This document shows, one piece after another, positions 13,261 to 27,912 of a DNA stretch of 64,000 nucleotides. The position numbers and the translations under genes are program-made. Location of the stretch: NCBI RefSeq assembly GCF_009914755.1, contig NC_060925.1; one strand, written 5' to 3'. The DNA is from the human T2T-CHM13v2.0 reference genome, Homo sapiens. The first letter of the stretch is position 1; each line of letters opens with the position of its first letter. The notes beneath the pieces are model-generated. The model had not been told where the DNA came from. It ran no database searches and saw only the letters and a list, made by a program, of their open reading frames with translations.

Positions 13261-14714
13261 TGACTCTCTTCAGCAAAACTGAACTCCAACTTTTACACCC
13301 TAAATCTGGCTCTTGGACATATAGGTCCTTTTGCTTTCTGACTCCTCCTCAACCCAGCCCTGCCTTTCCAACCTCTCCATCTGTATCTGTGTGCCTGTGT
13401 CTGTCTGTCTGTCTCTCATACCCCAGGCTGCCCCCAGTATTACCCACTTTCTTCTCCCCCTCTTCAGTGTTCAGGGTACACCTTCTTCTCTGCCTACAGA
13501 GTCCCACAGGCTGAGGGTGCGTCCCCTTACAGAGAGGGGAGCTCATTCCAGAAGGTGCCCTCTAGACTTGGAATTAACCCTACAAACAACACCCAGGTTT
13601 GAAAAGCTTTTTCTGTCTTCCCATTACCTGCATTATTCAAAGGACTAAAAGTGGGGAGTCCAGTAGAATTCTTGATGTCTCTCAGAAGCCTGCATTGGAA
13701 TGCCTTCATTCACCGAGCATATGTTGGGTGCTCACAAGGTGTGAAGCCTTGCTCTAGGTGAGTAGCTGCATGGTGAGCAAGTCCTGCCCCACCGAGCCCA
13801 CATCTGGAGGAATCAAAAGGGACCGGGCAGTGGGAACACAACCAGCTCGTGTCCTCCCCACAAGTGTTTCCCCATTCGGGCACAGGGAACACAAGCGGTA
13901 AGCATGACAGATAAAGCATAGCGAAGGATGGGGAAGTGGGTGACTTCAGACCAAGAGGCTACTGTGGTCATGTGCAGTGGGGCCACTTCCGACAGGGGAA
14001 GTGCAGGGGGACAGTGTGGGCCAGGGAGAATGTCGTGGATCTGGCATTCCTGCATCTTGCCCTCACTCACATGGCCTGGTGTCAACTCAGAAATGTGCCC
14101 AACCACACAACTTCTGGCCTCCGTGTCACCTAGAAGACATCTAGAACCCATGCAATAGCACAAAGAAGTGAGGATGTGCAGCCTGGGGATGGGGGCATTT
14201 AATAATAGACAGGTGTCTGAGGCAGATGTCCTCAGATTTCCAGGCACCACTTGCCTCTTTGTGGAGCAATCAGGGCAATCATCGGCAAAAAACTAAAGAC
14301 TACTCGTCCTGTTCCATGCAGAGGCGTAGTTAACCTTGTAACTATTCTTTTCTGACCTTCATTCTTCCACGTCCAGATATATGGGGGTCTTTGTTGCCCA
14401 TCTGCTTCAAGTTAGATGAAGAAAATCCTGCCTGAAGGCTTAAGGGTTTGTTAGAAAAATAAATGCTGTTCAGAAAAGGTGCATTTTAGGCAAAAGCTCA
14501 GTTCTGGAGCTCCAGAACCTACCTATCCCAAGCCCAATACACACCTCCTTTCTCTCCCTCCCTGCTCATCGCACCTGCCTTCGCTGATTCTTCAGGCTGC
14601 ACATCTCTGAGAAGATGACAATCCCTAGCAGAAGAACAAGAGAACCTTGGACACTTCTGTCCATGAAGCCATAGACGCGAGCAGATAGCCTCATTCCATG
14701 GCGGTGTGACTCTG

Positions 14715-14890
14715 AAGTCACTCAGGTTTTCTGTGCCTCCATTTCCACATTGTAAAATGGGCCCAATAGGAATGAGTTTCTGAATGGGTTGTTCCAAGTT
14801 TAAATAAGACACGGCAGTAAAACATTGAACACACACCCTGATGCATAGTAAACGCTCCAAGAGCAGTAGCCATTATTACTATCATTATCA
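14715..14890 (+). mobile_element. MIR
   Basis: CTGTGCCTC...TGTAAAATGGG...CATAGTAAACGCTC MIR core and 3' end. Confidence 0.7.
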
Positions 14891-15112
14891 TCGGTGGCTT
14901 CATGACGGCTATTATCGTTATCTACATCCATCTTTGAAATAATTGCATATCCTTTTAGGGTATGGAGGGATTGCAACATATAACAAATCCTAACTGATGA
15001 ACATTTCTTATTACAAATATTGCTGCTGGGAACATATTTCTGTATTTTAATCATCACCTGTGTGTTTCTCTATCAAATCTTCTCACACAATTTGGGGATG
15101 TTGCAAAAGTCA

Positions 15113-15184
15113 TTCCCTGACCGGGAATCGAACGCGGGCCGCGGCAGTGAAAGCGCCAAATCCTAGCCACTTGACCACCAGACA
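15113..15184 (-). tRNA. tRNA-Glu(TTC) variant, probable pseudogene
   Basis: TGTCTGGTGGTCAAGTGGCTAGGATTTGGCGCTTTCACTGCCGCGGCCCGCGTTCGATTCCCGGTCAGGGAA. A/B boxes and a T4 terminator are retained; acceptor-, D- and T-stems have mismatches. Confidence 0.85.
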
Positions 15185-15596
15185 CAGAAATCTCCTTGTC
15201 AGAGGAAACAAGAGAAGGTAAAGATTAACTTTCTAAGAGGAGGAGAGCCCCACTGAAAATGGCTCTCTGTGACCCAAGCGGGCTGCAGGACTGCAGGGCT
15301 CCAAGCAGTCACTGCCCAGCTGCTCAACACCTCTCACCTCTGCTAGCCTGGCCACTGCTTTGGGCTGTATTGAGGACAGGCCACAAGGAAACTGAGCGGT
15401 GTTCCATTCTAGCCTTGCTGTAGCATGGTGTGAGGCAGAGCCAGGCACTTGCTCTCTTTCCGAGCCTCAGTTTCCTTGCCACCAAAGTGCGGACGTGGCT
15501 CTCAGAGGGTGATGAGCCGAGTCCTTCTAGTTCCCGATCTCTGAACTGGCTCAAGGGGCTCTACCGATAAAGACATGTGTAGGGGTCCCCTTTCGC

Positions 15597-15669
15597 CCCC
15601 AACTAGCTCAATTAGTAGAGCATGAAACTCTGAATGGATGGGTCTTTGGCTCGAGCTCCAGGTGCAGAT
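15597..15669 (+). pseudogene. tRNA-Lys(CTT)-derived relic
   Basis: CTAGCTCAATTAGTAGAGCATGAAACTCTGAAT...GGGTC...GGCTCGAGCTCCA aligns with tRNA-Lys-CTT. T-tracts follow downstream. Confidence 0.7.
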
Positions 15670-16329
15670 TTAGGTTCATTTTCTTTTGTTCCGCCACACA
15701 ATTCGACCGGTTCCGCAACTGAGCTCGGGTCGCGAGGAAGCCAAGTGGGCTTCACAGGAAAGACCTCCTTGGTTTCAGAGACATTGTAGCTGTCAGCTTG
15801 AAATCTTCAGAAAGAAGATTTCGGCGATAGATGAGAAGACTGGAAATTTCTGGATCTAAAGCTAACATGAAGTCCGCCTCATCCGGCGCCCTCGTCTCCC
15901 GATCCAATTCACGGCGGGCAAACCAGGCCTGGTTCCTAATGCTCAGCGAAGGGTTTCAGGTAGTAATGGAACTCCTCCCGTGCTTCCAGAAGCTGCTGCA
16001 GCCGGCGGGGTTTGAGCGCCGGAGTTCCGGGCGGCAGTAGTGTGGACCCCGCCCCTCCAGGTCTATGGGCCCCGCCTCGGGACCTTATCCCTGGCGTCCG
16101 GCCTTCAGGGCTCTTGGCTTTGACAGGGTACCGACTTTCGTGGTCCTTCCAGGAGCTGCAGGACCCTGCCTGCCCGCCCTTCACTCAAGTCAAGGGGCCT
16201 CATCCCTGTGCTCTTTCCTCGCTTTGGGCTCTCCACTCAGGGTGTCAACAGAGGTAGGTCAGGTGAGAAACCTGGATTTCCACACACACCTGGCTACAAG
16301 GAGATGGCACCACTCCCCTTCTCCTGCAG

Positions 16330-19305
16330 AAGCAGACTCAGAAAAAAGGTAATTAAAACAGAAGGTTTCAATAAAATCGAGAGTCTGATAACATAATACC
16401 CAAAAGTCCAAGTTTCTATTGAAAATCATTCATTACACTAAGAACCAGAAAATCTTATTCTGATTGAAAATAGACAGCAAATACACACCGGCAATAAGAT
16501 GAGAGAGGGGTCGGGATTGTCTGACAAAGATTTTAAAGCAAGCAAGCCTGATGAAAATGATGCAGTAATTATGAGCACATTCGAAACAAATGGACAAATA
16601 GAAAGCCTTAGCAAATAAATACAAGACTTACAGGAGAAACAAATGGAAGTATTAGAAGTGGAAAATACAACAACCAAAGTAAAAAGTCCGGCACATAGGC
16701 TCAACAGCAGAATGGATGGTGCAGAGCAAAGAAATCCATCCACTGCAGATGAAAAAATAGAAATTACACAATCTTAACAAGCAAAAAATAGACTGGGTGA
16801 GAAAGTGAATAGAACCTCAGGGACTTGTGGAACTGCCTCACAAGGTCTCACTTTCATGTTGTTATCTATGTCTGGAAGGGGAAGAAGAAGAGGAAGAGGC
16901 TGAAAACATAAAGAAGTCAATGGCTAAAAGCTTGCCAGAGTTGGCAAGAGACAGAAACCTACAGGTTCAAGAAGCTGTGAAGACCCCAAATAGGAGAAAA
17001 CCCAAAGACGTCTATGGCAAGATACATGAAAAAATAAAATGTAGGAAATGAAAGACAAAGAAAATATCTTGAAAGCAACAGAGAAAGGTGACACTTTACC
17101 TAGAAAGGAAAAACAATTCTGGTGATGATGGATTTCTCATCAGAAACCAAGGAGGCAGAAAGAAGTTGTGCAGTGCTTTTCAAGCCATGAAAGAAAACAA
17201 TTGTCAGCCCAGACTCCTCTGTCCAGCAGAAACATCTTTCAGGGATTAAGAGGAAGATCAAAACTGTTTCAGATTAAGAAGAGCTAAGGGAATCTCTGAC
17301 CACCAGTTCTACCTTAAAACAAAAGGCTAAAGGGAGTTCTCTAGACAGAAAGGAAGTGATTAAAGAAGGAACCTTGGGACATCAGGAAGAAAATTTAAAA
17401 AAAAAAAAAAAAAGTAAGCAAAATAGGCCTTCCTTCTTCTCTTGAGTTTTCTAAACTATGATTGACGGCTTCAGAAAAAAATCATAGCATCATTCAAAGT
17501 GGTTCTAACTCTCCAAAAAGAAAATGTTTGAAACAATTATAAACTGGGAGGGTGAAGAGACCGGTAAGGAAGGTAACTCATCTATCATTCACTCATACTG
17601 GTACAACAATGACACCAGTATACTGTGTGGTAAGACATAGATGCACAGACATATGAATATCAGGGAAAACCAAGAGGGCTATCCAAACAGATATATGCAA
17701 AAACACTATGGATAAGGCAAAACACCATTCTCAAAGACGTTCAAGTCACCACAGGAAGGTAAGAAAAAGAAAGCATATCCAGAAAACGACACCAGAGAGA
17801 ACAAACACAAAAAGAAAAATATAATGGCAGACTTAAGCCCTACCATATCAATCATCATATTAAATATAAATGGCCTAAGTACACCAATTACAAGACAGAG
17901 ATTGGCAGAGTAGGTTAATGGACATGACCCAACTACATCCTGGCTGCAAAGAGACTACCTTCAAATATGATGATACAGGAAAGTTGAAATCAAAAGGATG
18001 GAAAAAGATACATCATGCAAACCTTAGACAAAGGAAAGCAAGACTGGCTATATTAATGCCAGATATAGTATATTTCAGAACAAAGAAACTAATCAGAGAC
18101 AGAGAGGGACATTATATAATGAGGAAACAACCAATCCACGAACTCCTCTCCTGACAAAAGTCATAAATGTCTATGCAACAACAACTGAAAGTACTGAACA
18201 GAGAACTAGGCAAATCCACAAATATAGCTATATGCTTCGAAGTTCCCCTTTCTTAACAATTTATACAAAAACCAGACAGAAAATCAACAAGAATATAGAA
18301 GAACCCAACAGCATGATCAACCAGTGGGGCTTAAATTGACAATTTTAGAACACCCAACCACGTCAGAATACACATTGTTAAGGGATGCATTGTGCCCGGC
18401 CCCCCCAGATTCATATGTTGAAATCAGAACATTAGTGGCAACTAGTAATATACTAGTTAAAATCACAATGAGAAATTGCTAACATACCTATCAGAATGGC
18501 CAAAAGAAAAGCATGACCACATCAAGTGCTGTCAAGGATTCAGAGAAAGCTGGATCACTCATACATTGCTGGTGGAAATGTAAAAAGTGACAGCCCACTC
18601 TGGAGAATATCTGTATAGTTTTTACTTTTTAAACTATATGTGCAACTACCATACCACCTAGGAATTGCATTCTCTGCATTTATCACAGAGAAATAGAATC
18701 TTATGTTCACACAAAATCCATGTACTTAAAGTTTATAGCAGCCTTGTTTTTAATAGCCAAAACTGGGGGAAAAATGTATAGACGACTTTCATGAGGTGAA
18801 TGGTTAAACAAACTGTGATATATATCCATAGCACTGAAGAGTCCTCAATAATTTTTTAAAAAACAACAAACTATTGATACCCACAATAACCTGGATGAAT
18901 CTCCACAGAATTATGCTGAGTGGACAAAGGGTAATCCCAAAGGTGACATGTAGGAGTCCATTTATGCAAATTATTCTTGAAATAAATAAATTATAAAAAT
19001 AGGGAATAGATTAGTAGTTGCCAGGGGTTAAGGAGGGAAGGAGGAGCAGCACTGAAGAGACAGGGTCATGGCTATAAAAAGGCAACATGATGAATCCTAG
19101 TATTGATGGAAATGTTCTGTACCTTGCTTGTATCAATGTCAATCTCCTGGTACAGTGGCATTTGCAATACATTTGCAATATTTGCAAATATTACTAAGAT
19201 GTTACCATTGGAGGAAACTGAGTAAAGGATACAAGGGACCTCTCTTTTTCTCTCTGAGTTCCTAAGATTGTATGTGAATTATTAAAATGTAAAAATTAAC
19301 TTAAG
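16330..19305 (+). mobile_element. Old L1 (L1MC/MD-like): ORF1, endonuclease and 3'UTR remnants, with a short MLT1 fragment at ~18376-18430
   Basis: ORF track 17918..18154 gives L1 endonuclease-like peptide (LKSKGWKKIHHAN...DREGHYIM). L1MC-type 3'UTR motif GATGTTACCATTGGAGGAAACTG. Confidence 0.8.
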
Positions 19306-19541
19306 AAAACCTAAGTATATTTCTCCTTTACTGATCATGCCTTTGCTTAAAAACATTAAGGCAACAATATTTTTCCCAACACCCTTTATTTTCTTGAAGA
19401 CAGTTTTAACAAAAGCTGTTCTTAGGGCTTTTCCTAAAAGTTTAAAACTTCCAGTAATCCTTACTGTTCTTCTTTGAGAACCCTCCAGGGTTTTGTTTTC
19501 CAAAAGAATAAAGACAAAAACTGGCAACTGGCATATAATAC

Positions 19542-19944
19542 TATATTAGTCTTAGTTCTCCAGAGAAAGAAAATGAGCAGGATACACACACATACACACA
19601 CAGAAGCAGAGAAGCCCAAGTTCTACTCTGAGTAAGCTCTAGACCTAGGAGAGTCAAATATAGTTCAAGACAAAGTCCAAGGCTTAAGGCAGAAGACTGA
19701 TGTCCCAGCTCAAAGACAGTGCAGCAGAAAAACTTCTTTCTTAACCCTTCATCCTAGTCAAGCCGTCCATGGGTTGGATGAGGCCCACTCACACTCAGGA
19801 GGGAAATCTGCTTCAATCAGTTTACTGATTCAAATGTCAATCTCTTCCAGAAACACCCTCAGAGACACAGTGAGAAATCATGTCTAACCAAACATCTGGG
19901 CACTCCCTGGCCCAGTCAAATTGACACAAAAATTAACCTTCACA
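19542..19944 (-). mobile_element. MLT2 solo LTR (ERVL)
   Basis: TTCTCCAGAGAAA...(CA)n...GGATGAGGCCCAC...CCAGTCAAATTGACACAAAAATTAACC MLT2 signature. Confidence 0.8.
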
Positions 19945-20299
19945 AATGCTCTCAATAGAAGTGATTAATAAATGTAGCATCATGTACTGCCTGTTTATCC
20001 CGTGACAATTAATATATTCCAGCATAACATTGGCTTCTGTTCCCTTACTGTAGGAACACATAGGAGTTTCATTTAAAGTGAGGATAACTTTTACCTTATG
20101 GAGTCTCTCCCTACCCGTACCTACCATTGCCACTTGTGGATTGTCATTTTGCCATGGCTTTCTTATTCATAATATCAATAAGCTGTATACTTTGCTAATG
20201 TAAGTTTGAATTTCATCCTGGCTGCATAAGTCACTTTCCATTTTGACAAAGCCTAGAAATATTTTTGTTTATCTCCTGTATATTGGTAACACATACCTA

Positions 20300-21082
20300 T
20301 TGTGGGGCCCACTCTCAATCTCATGGTTTTCTTTATTTTCATTCAGCTCTCAATAGATATGCCTAGGCTGCTTGAACATCACTGAAAATGGCCTGTGGCC
20401 TTGTCCATCTATCAGAGTCCAGTAAAATCCTGGCCATGGAATGGGGGGATGGAAAGTGAGAACCACCAAACTCAGCACACAAAGACTCAGTTTAAACCTC
20501 TGCGCTAAGAGATGACCAGACTCTATCATGGCTCCTAATAGCATAAGACCATGTCCCATGGATGACCCTAGGCTCCCATGACAATGCCTACCTAAGAAAG
20601 CTCAAGGCTACCAGGGGAACTTACTTTAGTTCTAGCCAATACCTGCTGATGATGGTAGGTTCTTTCTTATAGCATTTACTAAGAAGGGAATCCCTCCTCC
20701 ATCCCTTTGAGATATGTATGTATCTCCTAGGGACTCCAGTGTGTCTTTCCACAGGATTTGAAAGCCATTCCTTTTAGGTGTAGTCCTCAGGAAGGACAGA
20801 ATCTCTGTCTTCCGGTCTCTGTGGGAGGTTAGGATCCTAACATCTAATATTGCCAGCTGGCAGAAACAGCTGTCCTGATGAGGCAGAAGCTTACAATGAT
20901 CAATCTTTCATAATGTTTCACTTGTGCCCTGACCCTGCCCTCTCCCCTGCCTCACTCTCTCATTAGAATGCCATCACCTCTGCACAAACGGGATGGAATT
21001 CAGCCCCCTCTGCTTTGGTCAGTAGTTACTGAATAAAATCTGTTTTCACAGCTTTGACTAATGTCTGACTTTATCTTTGACA
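20300..21082 (+). mobile_element. ERV1 solo LTR (MER67/MER31-like)
   Basis: Ends AATAAAATCTGTTTTCAC...TTATCTTTGACA. 5' boundary and subfamily uncertain. Confidence 0.55.
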
Positions 21083-21678
21083 AAATAAGTGCAAGCAATT
21101 GTTTTGAGCAACACAGCAGCCACAAAGAGAGGCACAGACATGTCGGGAGAGGGAGGAATCATCTGACCCTTCTCATTTCACAGGCATCTATTCCTGCCTG
21201 GTGTTTATGAGCCTGAGACTTGGCTGGGCTGCCCTGGTGTATCACTCCATGGCTCTGGGGCAAGACTTGAGTAGGCTGGTGGTGGCACTTGGTGTGACCA
21301 CAGCCACCTTCAAAGATGCCATTAAGGGTTCACAAGAAAATGAAAGGAAACATAGAGAAACTGATTTTGAAAGTTGTTGCCTCTCCTGCTTCCTCATTCA
21401 GAGTGTGTATGATATTGCTGTGTGATGTTAGTTGGACTGCAATTTAGCACAACAGCTGTTCTAATAATTGGCAGTTTCTCATCGAGTTAAGCCTACCTGA
21501 AAGGGAAGCACACTTACCTTTATTGATCACCCCCGTTAAATGAACAATACATCCAACAAGGCTTCTACCAAAAATGTTCTTATTAACCTCATTTGTATAC
21601 TAAGGAAAAACTGGGAACAACACAAACCTTCATCAACAGAAGAATTTAATACGGACTGTTATATAGTCATAAAACGAT

Positions 21679-22495
21679 CCCAGAAGTTCGCTGCATAACA
21701 TCAAACCCAGGAACCCACACTGATGCCACTGATGGCAGAAAATCTTGATACAAAAATAAGAGAGACGAGAGACAGAAAATGTGCTATAACCATAGTAGTG
21801 GGTAAAAGCCAAAGAGCTCAGTTTCTATTCATGATATTCGATAGAAGAACAGAAGGAACATGAGCCAATAGCTCTAAGGGTCCAGGTCTGCACAAGGTGC
21901 CTGTTGGGTGCAGGGTTCTGTTGGCTCCAGTGTTGTATCTCAAATGGGCTAATTTTTATGGACATAGCCACTGCAGAAATCTATCAAAGAATAATAAAGG
22001 GATAGCTATTTGCATGTTAATTTACCATTGTATAGGAGGGAGAACGGGCCTTAGATTGGTTTGGTCAAATAAAAGCAAAACCGAGATTTATGAAGAAAAG
22101 AGGAAAGGGGAGAGGAAAAAAGTCATCTGGGAACTTTGTGATTTTGCTCCCCTTGGATAAGCGACTTGACAGAAAGCTGTCAAAGAGGTCATTGTGACCC
22201 ATCTTCTCCATACCCACATGACTTGGTCACCACAGAAAACAATTACAGATGTTGGAGGACTTTAAAACATCCTAGAAGTTTAGCAGCTCATCCTATGCCA
22301 CAGAATATCTGTGAGTAATGTCCACCATGTCCTTCGGTTGTACACCCCCTCAGTTAAGCCAGGAGGACGCCTCTTCCCTCAGTGGAATATCATACGTCGA
22401 TGTGTAGAAAGTTGGTTGTGCCAGCAAGTAAATGACAAAAGGGACATTGATAGAATTGGGAAACACATTGGAGTATGATTTGCTACTGCTCCCAC
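21679..22495 (+). repeat. Low-copy paralogous block, copy 2
   Basis: Colinear with 62590-63830 (e.g. TGATGCCACTGATGGCAGAAA, ATGGGCTAATTTTTATGGACATAGCC, GCTGTCAAAGAGGTCA) and with the reverse complement of 12620-13260. Confidence 0.9.
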
Positions 22496-23123
22496 GGAAG
22501 ATAAATTTGCAGAATGTACTCAAATTAGAAGCATTATATAAATGCTGTAATGTAAAAATGGCACATCCTGTTCTCTACACTATAGAAATATCTGCATGAG
22601 TGACCAAAGATATGTGTACAAGAATGGTGGAGATTGCAGCATCATTTGTAATCCTAAAGTCATGAAACCCACCTCATTTCAAAAACATCTTGAAAAGGGT
22701 TAAATCATGCACAAACAGAGGAAGAAATGCTGTTTTCACAAACAATGGCGAGGATCACCATGAGGATGAGTGATTCCACTGGTCACATTATTGATAGAGC
22801 AATCAGTAAACCCAGGCACATCCTGAGAATAGGATACTACTGTAATAGCTCTCCTATTACTAAACATGAAAAACTCGAGGCACTTTACTCCCACAAGCCT
22901 TCCATGGGAGCAAAGAACATTTTTATCACACTAGAAGTGAGTTCCTCTCTAAGGTCTCTGGGATTCCTGAGTTTGACAGATACAAGGCACCATGGGCCTT
23001 GCCAAGCCTCAGCCCTAGAAGATGGGGAGGAGGACATGTGTGTCTCCTGATTAGGCTGGAGTTGATTGTATATCAACAGAAACAACAAAAATCAAATCAT
23101 GAACTATTTTTCTATGGGGAAGT

Positions 23124-23326
23124 TTTGTTTTGTTTTGTTTTGCGACAGGGTCTCACTTGGTCGCCCAGGCTGGAGTGTACTGGTGCAAACAAGGCTCACT
23201 GCAGCCTCGACCTCCTGGGGCCAAGTGATATTCTTGCCTCAGCCCCCAAGTAGCTGAGACGACAGGCTAATTTTTGTATTTTTTGTAGAGACAAGATTTC
23301 GACATGTTGCTGAGGCTCGTCGCGAA
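23124..23326 (-). mobile_element. 5'-truncated AluJ
   Basis: TSD GGGGAAGT at 23116-23123 and 23327-23334. Confidence 0.85.
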
Positions 23327-23782
23327 GGGGAAGTAAGTTCTTTTTAAAAAGCATTTATTCCGATTGATTTCTCCGCATCCTGTGGGGCGCGCAAGGGGCA
23401 AGGCCTCCCGTGGCCTCTCTTGCCACTCTGAACCAGGGAGCTGTGGGGGCTCAGCTGCGTTGTTTTTGGGTGCGTGTCTGGGGCAGGAGGCCGGGGCCGG
23501 GCAAGGGGTGAATCCAACAGGGAACTGCGAGGAGGAGGGCAAGGAAGTCGGTAGAGGCATGCACCAGGGAAACTTCCCAGTAGCTTTGTGCAGCGATAAG
23601 GACTGCACAAGGGAGAGATGAGAAGTGTTTTCTTATTGTATCAGAATGGGGAAGAAAGGGGGGAAAAACGGAGAGACACCAAGAAAGAACGAAATCTACG
23701 CGGACCCTTGGGTCTCCAAAAGGGAAGCAGTCCTGCATTAAGTTTAAAGAAGGAGCGCGGCGCGCTTCAGCTCCTGTGGCTT

Positions 23783-23854
23783 GCCGTGATCTTATTGTGG
23801 TTAGTACTTTACGCGGTGGCCGCAGCAGCCTGGGCTCGAATCCCAGTCGTGGCA
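23783..23854 (+). pseudogene. tRNA-His(GTG) pseudogene
   Basis: GCCGTGATCTTATTGTGGTTAGTACTTTACGCGGTGGCCGCAGCAGCCTGGGCTCGAATCCCAGTCGTGGCA, with G10T, A14T, U33G and T54C lesions. Confidence 0.85.
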
Positions 23855-24299
23855 ACGTCCATTCTAGGGTGTAGCGCTCTTCTTTCCCTTTAGCCTCTAA
23901 CCTCAGCCTAGGCTGCGCTGTTGACCTGCGGCTAGAGAGGTCACAACTTTCCTGTGACTTCGGAACTCTCTGTGGTGTCGAGAATAGAAGGAAACCCTAC
24001 CCTGAATGCCTAGGGGTCCGGTTATCTTGAAAGACTTTTCCTCCTCTCTGAGCAAGTACAACACCCAAAAGATGAGGTGCCCCCTCTCAGTCAGCCTTAT
24101 TGGAATCTTTAATGTTAACATGATGTGGCCGTACCCGTTTTTCTGGCTCAGATATTTCAAAAATCCGTGGGGCCTTTTTCAGGCCAAATCAGAAATGAAC
24201 AAGAGAAGATGAGAGTTCGCACTCCAACTGGGTATTTTAAGCAAAACCTAAAGAATACAATAAAATCTAAAGTTTGTGACTTTCTCCAACCCCAATTTT

Positions 24300-25229
<930 letters not shown>

Positions 25230-25894
25230 TATATGCAAACTTCTGTATCAGAATAGAAAAGTTGAGAAGATAGTACACAGAATGGAGTAAAGAGGATGGA
25301 ATGGGTTTTTGGAAACCAATTCACAATTTAAAGTTGTTTTAACACCCCTAATCCCCAAAGAAAAATGTATATTCTCCAAAGACATCCCTTTCTTAAAATA
25401 TGCAGAGAAAGTGTGGGATAAAAGAGCATGTAGTAAACTTCTCAGAACGTGTGTCTGGAAGTGGACAGGGGAATGGGAGTGGGATGAACAGAGAAAAGAA
25501 GGAAAGACAGTAAGGGCCTTGCTGAGAGCAGCCACCATAATGTGCCCTGAGCTAAGGTACATGATTACCTTCTTCCTGTGCACCTGAGATCTAACAGAAT
25601 GTATTGACTTATCAGGGATATGGAATTTCAAAAACACTACAGGAAATCAAAAAATTTACCAAAACAGAACAGTCTAGTTAAGAAAGGCAGGAAGAGATTT
25701 TATAAACAAAGCAAAAACACAGAAATCATACAGTGAGGTGGTGGGAATGAGACTATGCGCATCGTCTCCAATATAACACTAATTACTGCTAATTATAATG
25801 GATTTAAGTATCTCATATTGGATAGAAAAGGAAATGCCAGCTCTAATGCTTTAATGGTGGAAAAGGGTTAAATATTCAAAGCAGTGCACATTAT

Positions 25895-26203
25895 TATTGT
25901 TAGTAGTAGTAGTAGTATTTTGAGATAGAGTCTCACTCTTGCCAGACTGGAGTGCAGTGGCTCGATCTCGGCTCACTGCAACCTCTACCTCCTGTGTTCA
26001 AGCGATTCTTCTGCCTCAGGCTCCTGAGTAGCTGGGACTATAGGTCGCGCGCCACCATGCCCAGCTAATTTTTGTATTTTTAGTAGAGATTTTAGTAGAG
26101 ATTTCATATCGGCCAGGCTGGTCTCAAACTCCTGACCTGGTGACCCACCCGCCTCGACCTCCCAAAGTGCTGAGATTACAGATGTGAACCACCGCACCAG
26201 GTC
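25895..26203 (-). mobile_element. AluS with tail decayed to (TAG)n
   Basis: 17-bp TSD AAAGCAGTGCACATTAT on both sides. Confidence 0.9.
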
Positions 26204-26219
26204 AAAAGCAGTGCACATT

Positions 26220-26535
26220 ATCATTAGCAAGCTAGCCCAGAAAGAGAAAACCAAACACCGTGTGTTCTGACTTATAAGTTGGAGCCGAATATGAGAATGC
26301 TTGGATACATAGGTTTCGGGGGTGAGGACAACACACACTGGAGCCTGTTGGAAGGTGGGGGTTGGGAGGAGGGAGAGCATCAGGAAGAGTAGCTAATGAA
26401 TGCTGGGCTTAGTACCTGGGTGATGGGAAGGTCAGTGCAGCAAACCACCATGGCACACATTTACCTATGAGACAAACCTGCACATACTGCACATGTACCC
26501 CTGAACTTAAAGTAAAAGTTGGAAATAAAAAATTT
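26220..26535 (+). mobile_element. L1PA 3'UTR end
   Basis: CAAACCACCATGGCACAC...AAACCTGCACATACTGCACATGTACCCCTGAACTTAAA. Confidence 0.85.
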
Positions 26536-27269
26536 TTTAAAGTCAAGAAAACAAACAACAAAAAGAGTAGTGCAAATCTGTACCATGCTCATTTGTACGA
26601 CTCTTTTGTTTGTACCACCAAACAAAAGAATGAGAGTGAAAACATGAATATCTGACAAAAGTAAACAGCAAAAGAACACTTTATGTTAGGAGTAATACCC
26701 TAGCATCTACCTAGAATGAAATGAAACTGTTTTTCCCTGAACTGGCCTCCCAAGCTGAACTCTTGGGACTGTGCCTGGGATGCTCCAGGAGACCAGGGTG
26801 ATAATTGAACTTCCCTCCTCCTACACCTCTATCGAGTTCCTGGAAAACGCCAGCGATCAGATCTTGCTTTTAACTTCTTATACTTTACAGAGACCTAAAC
26901 AAGAGGGAAGAAATGGACATTTCATGCCAAGATTTCTTCCCTTCACCTCACACTCGAGTTCCTGGGTTCTGACGGCCTTTTTTGAGGAAAGTGCTGATGT
27001 TTGCGTCAAGGTTGGGAGGAAAGGGTTTGGGAGGTACCAGGCAATGGGGAGGCAAAGAGAAGACATCAACAAGCGAGGCAAGAACTTTCCACAGGCTGAC
27101 ACTGGATACAAGACCAGAGACAAAAAGCTGGGTGAATTTCTGATGTTTTCCTACAGAGGTTTTTTATCCAGTTGCACACAGCCTACTCAGAATAAGGCTT
27201 TTTCAAGTCAACCCTTTTAATGTGAAGCCATAATTTTGTGGTGTTGCCTGATGCAAATCTCCACTGTGA

Positions 27270-27912
<643 letters not shown>

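Noticed and set aside
17918-18154. ORF resembling an endonuclease
   Set aside because: A short L1 ORF2 remnant in a disrupted element, not a functional CDS.
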